Shown piece after piece: positions 52,760-64,000 of a DNA stretch of 64,000 nucleotides (position 1 is the first letter of the stretch; every line of letters begins with the position of its first letter). The stretch covers positions 1,612,001-1,676,000 of the forward strand of contig LSRY02000011.1 in NCBI GenBank assembly GCA_001643675.2, given 5' to 3'. Position numbers and translations under genes: made by a program. The notes under the pieces are model-generated. The model was given only the letters and a program-made list of their open reading frames with translations, searched no databases and was not told where the DNA came from. Source of the DNA: Monocercomonoides exilis PA203 (taxonomy: Eukaryota > Protista > Preaxostyla).

Positions 52760-54032
52760 ATGGTTTTATATTTAATTGGCTTAGGACTTGGAGATGCAAA
52801 AGATATTACTGTTCGTGGATTAGAAATTGTAAAGCGTGCTCACAAAGTTTATCTTGAGAGCTACACGTCTATACTGCAGGATACACGTAAAGAAATGGTG
52901 TGATTTTTGAGAAATGCTTGAATTAAATTGAGTGATTCATCAAAAAATATAGGAAGAACTATATGGAAGAGAAGTGATAGAAGCAGATAGACTGTTTATC
53001 GAACAGGTAAAACTTCTTTTATGTGAAAATATGAAATAAATATTCATTATGCGCAATGTAGAAATGTGAAGCAATGCTCGACGAAGCTTTAACACATGAA
53101 ATTGCTGTTCTTGTTGTTGGAGACGTGTTTTGGTTTGCATACTTCTTTTTACAAACAAATATTTTAATATTTCAAAAATTGGAATAAAAGTGCAACCACT
53201 CATTGTGATCTTAACATTAGAGCTATCCAAAAAAATGTCCAAGTCGTATCAATACACAATGCAGGTATTATGACCGCAGTTGGATGCTGTGGATTATCCC
53301 TGTATAATTTTGGCTTGACCGTAAGCATTCCATTTTTCACAGGTTTGTTAACTGATTGCATATTTGCAAGTTTGACTTAATGTGCACGTGTTTTTTCATT
53401 CATGAAAAAGAAAAATGGAGACCTTATAGCTTTTATGAGCGTATGAAAACAAATATGGCTGCTGGGATGCACACACTTTGCCTTCTTGGTATGAAAAATG
53501 TGAACTTAAAATTATAATGATAAATTATTTGAATTGATTCTCCAATAGATATAAAAGTTAAAGAACAGTCGATGGAAAATCTTATTAAGTTTGATATATT
53601 TGAGTCAATTTCAATGGGTTGATTTTTGTCTTTTAGAGGTCGATTGATTTTTGAGCCACCACGTTTTATGACTGTGAATCAAGCAATTCAGCAGTTGTTA
53701 TCTTTGGAAGAAGAGAAAAAAATGGACGGTATAAAATTATAATTGTTTTGAAAAGCTTGCTTTTGAAAACATTCATTTTATCTTTTACAATAGTTTTCCA
53801 TCCTTCAACATTCTGCATTGGACTTGCTCGTGTAGGATGCCCCACTCAGCGCATCGTTGCCGGAAAGGCATCTGATCTTCTCCGTGTTGATTTTGGCGGT
53901 CCACTCCATTCGCTTATTGTGCCATGCTTGAAAACTGTCACTGAGGAAGAAAATATCATGATTCAACACTTTGCTGTTAAGGAATCTGATCTTGTTCTTG
54001 AAAAGGAAGAAGATAAAAAAGAGGACGATTAA
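52760..54032 (+). CDS. DPH5: Diphthine methyl ester synthase (8 exons)
   Basis: [22 protein letters not shown]...[72 protein letters not shown]. Confidence 0.97.
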
Positions 54033-54333
54033 ACTCAGATAATATCAAATTCTTTATATTTTTTATACGTATTTAACAAACTTCACATTTCCTGAATTTG
54101 ATTCATTTCAAAAAAGTGTTATTCAATTTCAACAATTGAATTTTAGATTTTTCAAAATTCAAATATTTATAAATTTTAATAACAAGGCTCGAACACGGAC
54201 AACTACAATTTTTAATCAACAATCTGTACAAAAAATATCAGCAGAAATTGTAGAGAATTTCATTTCCACACGATCAAAGATGTTCTGCTTCTTGATCAGA
54301 ATGCAAAAATGATGTGCAAAAAAATACTTAAAT

Positions 54334-55143
54334 TTACCAGATGGTGGATGGACGCTTGGCCTTGAAGACAGTTCTGTAGTCGCGTGTTGTTGGTCTTCTC
54401 TTTCTGTGGAGAAGAGGGAATTTCAAGTCAGGATTCTGTTTTTATTTATTTTTTAAAAATTGCAAAACAATTGCAAATAGAAATAAAAACATAAAGTTTG
54501 CACAAAAATAAAATGATCATACGTGGAAGGCCTTAACATTGGCACGTCTGCAAGATTTGCTTGGAAGACGAACAACAGAGATGATATGAATACCAGTCTT
54601 CTGGGCAGCGTGACGTGATGCCATTTCGTTGTCTGAAATTATGAAAATAAAATACAACAACACAGTAATAAAAACGATGATCATAATTATTTTTGCATAC
54701 ACATCTGCTGCACGGCTCCACATTGAGTAACATCTCTGTATTCCTTGTACACATTGTGAATACCTGTACGACTTTCGAATCTCAAAAGAATTCCAAAGTT
54801 TTTCACTTGGAGTGGTCTTTTCTCAACAATCTATGAAAAGATTATTTTTTAAAAATTAATGAAAAGAAATAAAAGAAAAAAAACCTGCTTGATCCTCAGA
54901 ATCTGGCAGTTTGATTTCTTTGTCTTTTGAAGACGGGTCATGTAGTAGTTGTACTTTGATCGTGCAACAACTGCATTCTGTGCAAAGATTTTCATCTTGT
55001 ACAACTTTGGCTTTTGTATCCTTGAGTTTGGATAATGTCTCCCAATAATTTCGTATTGTCTCAGCTATAGATTTTATATTGAAATATAAAAATATTAAGT
55101 TAGAATTTCATAACACCTTTTAAATTTTGAGAAATCACACCAT
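54334..55143 (-). CDS. RPL18A: 60S ribosomal protein L18a (eL20); first coding exon is ATG only
   Basis: [11 protein letters not shown]...[18 protein letters not shown]...[25 protein letters not shown]...MASRH...KFPLLHR...KRPSTIW*. Confidence 0.97.
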
Positions 55144-55317
55144 CTTTTTTGGAGCACTCTGATCTGCTGGCCACTGTGGGAATATGTTTGTGAAACATTA
55201 GTGGGAAGATCATGATTTTCTTTGTTTTATCAAATTAAATAACTTTTGTTATTAATGTAGAAGTGGTTAAAAAAGAAGTCAAATTATAAAAAAAAATATC
55301 AACAATTCATTTTTTTT

Positions 55318-57077
55318 TCATGCGTCGCCATACCTTTCTCTGAGTCTTTGAAGTCTTTCCATCCTTTCTTTTTCTTCTCTTGAAATCGATGAAATGCCCC
55401 TATTATTTCTCTCTTCCCTTTCCTCTCTTTCTTCTTCCTCAGCCTTTCGCTTTGTTTTTCTTTCCTCTATTCTCTCATGTCGCTTGCCTCTGATATCCAA
55501 CACAACCTCCTTTGTTCCTCTTCTCCTCTCCTTTTCCCTCTCCCACTCTTCCTCTCTCCTCCTCTTCCTCTCCATCTCTTCCTTCTGCTGCTGCGCAATC
55601 GCCTCTTTCATCTCCTTTTCCAGCCGAATCCGCTCGGCCAGAATGGCCAAAGCAGACCGTGTCGCTTCGTCTTCGTCTTCTTCTCCTTCTCCTTCTTCAT
55701 TCTCTTCCTCTCCTCTATTAACACTGCCTTCTGTTGTTGATATTTTCTCCTTTGATATTTCTCCTGCTTCTTTTTCCTCTTTGCTCTTCTTCGCTTTTTC
55801 TTCTGCTATTTCACCTGGCTCCGTCTCATTCTCTTTCCTATGAGAATCTCTTCTCTCTTTCCCTTCTCTCTTTCCTTCCTCTTCCTTCCTTTCTTTTCTT
55901 CCCTCTTCTTCCTCTTCATCTTCATAACGAGGCTTCTTCCTAATCGGAGAAACAGAATCTTTGCTGCTTCTGCTTCTACTCCGACTTTTACTTCTGCTTT
56001 TTCTTCTGCTGTGTCTGGATTCTCTATCTCTTCTTTCTCTATCTCTCTCTCTATCTCTGTCTCTATCTCTATCTTTCCCACTCCTCTTTTCCATTCGACT
56101 TCTGCTTCTGCTTCTACTTGGCGTTCTGTCTCTTCTTCCACTCCGATGATGTCGATGACGATATCTTTCTTCTTCATCTTCATCCATTTTCTTCTCCTTC
56201 TCCTTCTCCTCCTCCTCCTCCTCATCATCATCATAATGTCTTCTTCTCTCTCTCATCTTCCTTCTTCTTTCTCTCTCATACGATTCTTCCTCATCTGACT
56301 GATGCTCTTTAGCTGTTCTTCTCTTTCTGCTTCTACTTCTACTCAGACTTCTGCTTCTGCTTCTGCTTCTGCTTCTGCTTCTCTTTCTGTGTCTGTCTTC
56401 TCTTCTTCGATGTGAATGCCCTCTTCTTTCATCACTTGGCGATCTGCTGTCTTCTTCTCTATCTCTTCTTCTACTTCTGCTTCTGCTTCTTCTGCTTCTT
56501 CTACCACTACTGCTGCTGCTGCTTCTATTTTCCTTCCTTTTTTCATCTTCTTCTCTGTTTGAAGGAGATTCGCTTCTTTCTCTGTCACTTTCGCTGTCAC
56601 TTTCATTTTCAGCTCTGCCTGCTTTGCTCTGCCCATCGCTTGGAGTCTATAAATAGATTGAGATTAATAGAAGGTGTATTGAGAAAAAAGAAAGGGAGAA
56701 GAAAGAAGAAAGGAAAGAAGGAAGAATAAGACAAGGAAGAAAGGCATATCAAGAGATCATATATACATATTGACATAAATATGGCAAATTGTAACATAAT
56801 GATAAAAGAGAAAGAGATAAAAGAATACAAAACATTGTTCAGAGTATGTATTTATTTATGTATTTGAATGAGTGTTTGTGTTTGTGTTTGTGTGTGTGTG
56901 TTTGAGAGGGAGGAGCCACATAAAATTGGAATAACACCAAAATGCAGCAGATGAAGACAGTTCATTCAAAGCAGTTACCAAACAGAGGAAGATTGTGTCA
57001 TTATATCCATTCAACGAAAAGATAAGTGCGGAAATAATATTGTGTGTTTTCATAATATAATAAAATAAGGATGAAAG

Positions 57078-57144
<67 letters not shown>

Positions 57145-58489
57145 TACAAAAGAAAATTGAAAAAAATAAAAAAAAAAGATATAATTTAAACAAAAGCCAA
57201 AAAATGGCTCTAATAAAAAAACAAATTGAAATTATAATACCTTTTTGCTGAGTAAAACAGAGGACTTTATCCCAGCCAGTTCTAAACGCTCCATTTCTCG
57301 CTGTTCTCTTTCCTTTTTTTCTCTTGCTTCTTTGTCTGCCTTGGCTCGGTCACTGATTTATCAAAGTAATTATCATGTAATGAAGAATGAATAAATGCAG
57401 CACAAATGCAAAAACAATAAAAAAATAAAAAATAAAGTTAATCAAATATAACAATAAAAATCATAAAACTGTTAAATAAGATGCACACATTTTCCTAACA
57501 ATTCTTCCTTCACGCTCTGCAATCTAAAAGCAACAATATTTTTGCGAATAATCAAATAAAGAATGATCAAATGAGGAATTACAAAGTTAATAATGAAAAA
57601 GAATTTTCAAAAATTTGCACACTTTGGTTTCAATATCTTTTTTAATGGACAACGGCAAGCGCTTGAAAAATATTTCCAAGTGACGATAATCCAATAAAAG
57701 ATTTTTAACAAACTTACCAATTGAGCTAATCAAAGGACTATTAAAATTTGAATGTTTACCATAAAACACAAACGATTTCTTTCCTTCTCCTCGAGTACTT
57801 ATCACAATTTCTTCTTCATCTTCCAAATATTGCTCCATCCATTTCCAAAGATCTTGAGGAGGCAACGCAACTCTTATATATAAAAAGCCTATCCCTCGAA
57901 CAAACACCGGAGATTTTGGCTGGATCATTCCATGAAGTTGTCGAGTGGTAAGCCTCATGGTAAATAGCTTGTAAAGAAGTGTGAAAGCAGTACTTGGAAC
58001 ATTCACAAAATCTCTAACATACGGCTCAAGATTATGAACTTCGTTTTTTATTTCATCTAAAACTTCGTGATAAGTTTTAATTTCGCTTAAAAAAGGAAAA
58101 CAAATTATTGAAGCGAAACAAAATTGTCTTGCATACTATAATTGTTTAAAGTACTCTGACCTCAAAATTGCATCAGAAAGCACCGAATCAAGATTGTAGT
58201 TGCTGTCAACTTGAATTGGTACTTCATCTTTTTTCTTCAAACGCTTTCCGTCTGCGTCAAAATCAGGCTCCAACTCTTCGTCTGCATCAATTACGGCCCC
58301 AGGCGTGTATGCGTTATCTGGAATACTTGTTGGAAAAGAAGGAATTGAAGTAGAAGAAAGAGGTGTAAATTGTGAGAGATTCGTTGAATATCCAACCGGC
58401 AATTGTCCAGTCGGGATCGTCTGCACGATTCCCGGAACAGGTAAAACTGCGGGTTGATACAAAGGAGGTGCTTGGCCAAGAAATGCCAT
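55318..58489 (-). CDS. PRPF38B: Pre-mRNA splicing factor 38B (PRP38 domain + RS/RD/E-rich tail)
   Basis: NLDSVL..AILRSEYFKQL, KTYHEVLDEI, PSTAFTLLYKLFTMRLT, FVRGIGFLYIR...PPQDLWKW, followed by SRSRS-rich exons. Confidence 0.92.
57072..57143. repeat. (GAAA)n-(GA)n compound microsatellite in PRPF38B intron
   Basis: Direct inspection. Confidence 0.9.
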
Positions 58490-58877
58490 GTGTTCCAATC
58501 ACAACAACCTTGAGCGCAAACAATGGTCACTATGATCGATTCAAAGAATTGAGAAAAAAAAACGATTAAGGAAAAATTCACTTTCATTAATTTTTATGAT
58601 TATTAAAAAGGAATAATTCTGCAAAGAAAAAGTGTGAAAAAAGATGTTTTTTAAAATACATTTGTCATTTAGTTATAGATTATTCCCTCCATTCTTTTGA
58701 AAAAAAATAGAGGATAAATTGTGAATGTGTTTGAAGTGGAGATGTGGTGTTCTGAAAGTGGAATCAAAAAAATAATCAGCAAAAATCTGAGAGTAATGTA
58801 TTCAATATTTTATTGCAATACACTCAATTTTTTGCTGTTGTGTGAAGAATAAGAGAAATGTTTCCATATTTGACCAT

Positions 58878-59479
58878 TTACCTTCCACCTCTTCCGCCTC
58901 TTCCGCCTCTTGTTTGCCGCACTTTTAAATAATAATTATAACAATAACATCACAGCGTTAGCAATGAAAAAATAAAAAATAACAAACTCCTTTCTTGGCT
59001 TGCTTGGGTGCGACCAACTCCCATTCCAATTCCTTTTGTTTTCTTTCTTGATGGATCAAGATTCTTTTAGTAAAATAAAATTAACTCTTTAAATATAACG
59101 GAATTTAAGTTTGCAAAACCTTAAACATTGGAGCATTCTGTAGCATTGATGGCATGATGAAAAATCGAATTTGTGATCCGCGAACATAAACCTATATTAT
59201 TCACGATAAACTGATAATTCACAAAAAAATCGTTGAGCAAACATTTTCTAATCTATTAGCTGAACCGTCTCTTTGAATGAGAAATACGTTTTCAAGTCTA
59301 CAGTTGAAGTTGTCTTCTGCTTCAATTAATTTTCCTCTGAGTCAATAAATAATCAAATTAATATAAAAACATCCAAGATACGAATTCTCAAACTTATATG
59401 TTTCATGAGTTTTCAATTCTATTGTTACAATATGTCCTTCTGCTTCGTGAAGAAGCTTTATTGGAATTCCAATTGACAT
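58878..59479 (-). CDS. SNRPD3: Small nuclear ribonucleoprotein Sm D3 (5 exons)
   Basis: [24 protein letters not shown]...[12 protein letters not shown]...[24 protein letters not shown]...[10 protein letters not shown]. Confidence 0.97.
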
Positions 59480-59723
59480 TAAAATGGCTTATGGTATAAA
59501 TAAATTTTATAATTATCATAAGATCATTAATTTAAAAAAATTTTATTTTAAAGAGTAAAGAGCGATTAAAAGTGAAAGATACAAGTTTCATTAGCTTTAT
59601 ATAAATGTATGAGGGAAAATAAAATTTATTTAAACTTTTATCAAATCTTGGTTATTTTTTATAATTCCTTTTTATTAATTGTATTTATTTTTTGATTTAT
59701 TGAGAAATATTTCCAAAAGACCA

Positions 59724-62700
59724 ATGGAGCCTAAATTACAGCACATTGAAGCGAATGATTTGGATAATATATACGAGTATGGATTTTTACTTGCAAGATA
59801 TATTTGTTTAAAATATTTGTTATTTAATTATTTATTTTTCTTTTCAGAAAAGATATATCCATTTCAAACATAAAACAACAGGATGGAAAATGCATTGTAC
59901 GTGTACCCTTTGTTGAGTTACGAGATGAACTTCATTTTCAAACGAAAAAAACTGATAAAACAAGCTTAGAAGATGAACATCTCTCTGAAAAAGAAACAAA
60001 AAGCTTTCAATCCGAAGAGAAAACTCTTTTACAAAAAGAGCTTGCATTTCAAAAAGGTCTTGCGCTGATACAACATTTACCCCGAGTCGTGAATCCGACT
60101 CCATTGTTTTCCTCTCGAATAATTGATTCGACTCATTTAACTAGAATTCCACATTCAACAAAAGTTATCACTCCACAAACTCTTGGAAAGCAAGGACTGC
60201 TATCAACACTTTTTATGGACGAAGACGTTGAATCAAATGAATGCGAGAATATTTCAAGCAATTATTTTCAGGAAAAGAAAAGAAAAATTGAAATATCAAA
60301 TGAAAAACAACGCAAACAAACATCTTATAAAAATTTGATGAAGCTTCCAGAAACTTGGAAAGTTTTTCATGTAAACAAGAGTGCTCCAGCGAAAAAGACG
60401 TCTGAAAGAGAAATATCAAAAAGAAGATTAATTAGAAACAATTCTCTGAAAGAACGAAAATTAGCTTCACAGCAGGAAAATACTCCACAAAATGAAAAAG
60501 AAAATCTGGAAATTATTTATGAAGATTGTCCCGAGATTGTGGAAACTGTACCAAACGATACAGACGACTGCAGCCAAAAAACACAATTATCGGGTTTTGA
60601 TGAAAGACAGGAAAAGAATCTACACACAGACGAACGAGCAGTTGAAAATAAAGATTCGAATACAAATTTAGAAGATTTAACTCCTTCCGATGCACTTCAG
60701 AAAAATAAAGGAACTTCTGTTGTTCCTAAATTATTAATTCATCAGAATAAAAACAGAATTTTTGAAGCTGTGAAAAATCAATTTGCAGAGATTGAATACA
60801 GCATTGATACAAACATTGAACCAAAAAGTTCAGATAACAATGAAGAGAATTGTGATTTCCTTCCCACAATTGAAGAAGAGAAAGACACCTTTCAGACAAG
60901 AAACATTGAAACCGATTCTGAAGACAGCTTGGATGATTATCTCAGAAAAGATGATTCGCTTGACCTGATAAAAGATAAAGTTCTAACTGCTTGTCAGAAA
61001 ATAGCAGAACAAAATTCAATTACACCAAGCAAAGTTGAAGCATTAACATCGAGCATATCTTCATCAAAAGATTATGAAGAAGAAAATGCAGAAGGTTCTC
61101 AAGACATGGCAGATCCTTTGATGAGCGCCAAATCTTCTGCAAATTCACTGACATTTACACCTTCTCAAATGCAAACCAATAAAACGCCATCTTCTGAAGA
61201 ATCTTCGAAACCACGTTCATCATTTTATCGGCCTCTTTATTCATCGCCTCTGTCACAAACATCAGAATGGAAATCACCAATTAATGATGCTCCACCCTCC
61301 ACAAACAAGCCCAATGACATTACTGCTGAAGAAGATGATCACATGAATTCATTTTGCAATGAAAGTTATTTACCTTCCTTGTCATCTTCGAGCATTTCAG
61401 TTGGAGAATCTTCGTACCAACCCTTTCCGGAGACACTTAATTCAGATTCAATTGCAGACAAATCTCAGCAAACATCAAAACGTAATTGCAACAATATTAC
61501 AACCTTTTTATCTTCACCATCGAAGAAGCACAATTCCTATTCCTCTATTCATTCTCGATCACCAATTTTTCATGATTCTCCTGAGAGTGAGAATCCTGAA
61601 AGCCTTCCTTCACCTTTCGCACAAACATATCAACATCCGTCTTCAAGTGAAGCATCTGCAGACAGTGGTGACGATTCTTTGTGTGAAGGAACATTCTCCC
61701 CGTGTAAAGATAAGAAAGAGCGTAGAAAGAAAAAAAAGAGGAAAATAAAAAATCACATGAAAGAAACTGAAATGCAATCAAGAAACATCTTAAATGATGA
61801 AAACACAATTTTATCATCGTCTTCTTCAGAATGCTCTCAGCTGTCTTCTTCTTCAATCTTTTTGGACCCCTCAAATGCATCTCTTTGTTCATTAACCTCT
61901 TCACCCATTTCACCATTTCGCGATTTAACTCCACCACTTGACCGTTCAACACCCATTTCAGAAATGAAACAAACATCCATTTCATCAATCGCACCATCGC
62001 TTCGCCTCTCATCTTCTGGATTCTCTTCGTCATCTAAAGCAAAGCCTAGAACATCTCATTCTAAAAACACTTCACTTCTTGATTCACCAGAAATTCAGCA
62101 GACAAATTACATCAAATCACCGACAAGCATTTCTGCCAATGTTGGCTCATTTAACATTCCAACAACTTGTTCATTTCACGGAAATGTTCCATGTGACACT
62201 TCATTTTCACTTTCTCTGTATTTCAGACGAAATGCAATTCTTGTATCGCGATGCTTCACAGCTTGGAAGACATTTGTTGCTCTTCAACATTCAATGAATA
62301 CAGAGGAGCAGAACAAATTTCAAAAAACAACAAACATTGCCCAAAAAAATAATCAACTCAAGAAAATGGAATCAGTTGAAAACAGAAATGAAACGGAAGC
62401 TCAAAGTCACGAATTGCTCAATCGAGAAGAAAACAAGCCATCAAATGAAGCATCATTTGATCCAGCATATTTTTATAAAAGTTGTTTGATGAGGAAAGTT
62501 TTGAATAAATGGTCTATTTTTCATCGCGAAAATATTGCCGATGTGAAAGAAAAACGTCGTCTCAGTAGATTAAGCGAAATGTTAAAGACAGCACGACTTC
62601 GAGTCAAAACCAAGCAAATGTTCATAAAGTGGCTGCATTCAGCGACTTCGTTGAGGTATCGAAAAGACAAAGAAATCAATAAATGTTCAATGTTGCTCAA

Positions 62701-64000
62701 ATCATCCTTTTTTGGATGGCTCAATTACGCACAAACACGAAGACGTTGCAGAGAGTCTGCACGGGAATTGACTCGAAGGAGAATGAATGGATTTCAGCAA
62801 GTGAAGGATCTGTCTCAAAAACAAAATCATCTTTTCCGACCTTTTCTTCAATCATTTGGCACAGCAACTTCAAACTATGCATTCCACGAGTACCAAAGAT
62901 TATCCTCAGAAAAACGTCAAAAAAGCTGGAAATTTTCATCAAAGCTAAAAAGACTTCTATTCGAAGAAGAAGAAGGGGATGAGTTGAATAGAATGAACAG
63001 TTGTCGATCATTTAATTGTGATTATTTGAGAAGGCGCTCAGATAAGAATATGCAAGGATTGTGGTACCCCACTCTGATATTTGGATGGTGGATTCATTTG
63101 AGCAGAGCACATTTCTTATCAAAAGTTTATTGCATTTCAAGAATAAAAATCCAAGCATTTAAGCATTGGCAGACATGCACAGATGAAATGAGGATTGAAA
63201 AGCAGATATCTATCAAGGCATTGGAATGGAGACGATGGTTTAAACTCCAGCTAACTTTTCAGAGTTGGAAAGATCGAACAAAAAAACATAATAAAAGAAG
63301 AGATACTGTTCTATTTTATTTGAATTCAAAGAAATTCGATCTGTTAGCGAGTATATTTATCAAGTGGAAAAGGACAGCGCTTTTGAGATGTCGAGTCAAA
63401 GAGCAGGCTTCATCATTGATGCAAATAAGAACCGAATCATTGAGGAAGAAAATTATTATCAATTGGAAAAGCTGTGCAATGCAGCACCAGAAAGATGAAT
63501 ATGCAATTCAGAACTTTCAGGAAAAGAAAAACCATTCTGCTTTGCTTAAAGCATTCTTGACTTGGAAGCAACTTACAAAAGAGAACGAAAGAAAGAGGAG
63601 GGTGGCAGAAATTTGGTATTTTATTAGGCAGAGGGAACTTGCAAAAGATGCTTTTAAGCGAATTCTGCTTTGTACATTAATAAAGAAAAAAGCGTTTCTT
63701 TGCTGGAAAATGTGTTCTTTTCAAAGTAAATGGAAATTAGAGATGCAAAACACTGCTCAAAACACAAGAGAGCAAAGAATAATTGAAAACAGAAAAGAGA
63801 TGTTGAAACAATGGCGCAATCTCACACTTTCCATTCATCATTATCATTTCCATCGAAAGCAACAATTTTTCAATTATTGGGCTTTCATGCTTCAAGAAAA
63901 AAGAAGAAAAGAAGAAATATCTGAAGAAATCTTTTTTCGAAAGTGCTCAGATAGACAAAGGAATATCTTCAAAAAATGGAAGGCGTATGCATCTGAAAGG
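59724..64000 (+). CDS. Large protein with C-terminal Sfi1-like centrin-binding repeats (runs off the window)
   Basis: Long open frame to the window end. Periodic motifs from ~62460: CLMRKVLNKW, KQMFIKW, LLKSSFFGW, QAFKHW, QLTFQSWK, LLASIFIKWK, LLKAFLTWK (LLx3F/Lx2W consensus). Confidence 0.75.

Overview
Eukaryotic, intron-rich, AT-rich protist DNA using the standard genetic code (TAA and TGA are used as stops). Poly-Ser low-complexity proteins, GT(A/G/T)TG splice donors and a giant Cys/Gly-rich receptor-pseudokinase gene are most consistent with an oxymonad such as Monocercomonoides (inference). Housekeeping genes, read by manual splicing: 5' end of eEF2, NXF1/Mex67, SmD1, SmD3, PRPF38B, DPH5, eL20/RPL18A and an LRRC51-like gene. 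Other genes: an RRM protein, a ~3300-aa RBBP5/Swd1-like protein with AT-hooks, a tandem OB-fold + ARM protein, an Ig-like (ASH-type) protein with a Byr4/Bfa1-like C-terminus, and an Sfi1-repeat protein that runs off the window. Accessory DNA: a decayed receptor-family pseudogene bracketed by modular inverted repeats (2042-6139), a 359-bp near-perfect palindromic MITE (8435-8793), and a DD35D pogo/Fot-like transposon with TIRs (33504-35035) next to an intact 2605-aa surface receptor that keeps only a kinase C-lobe. Exon boundaries were assigned by eye and family calls come from motif recall, not database searches.
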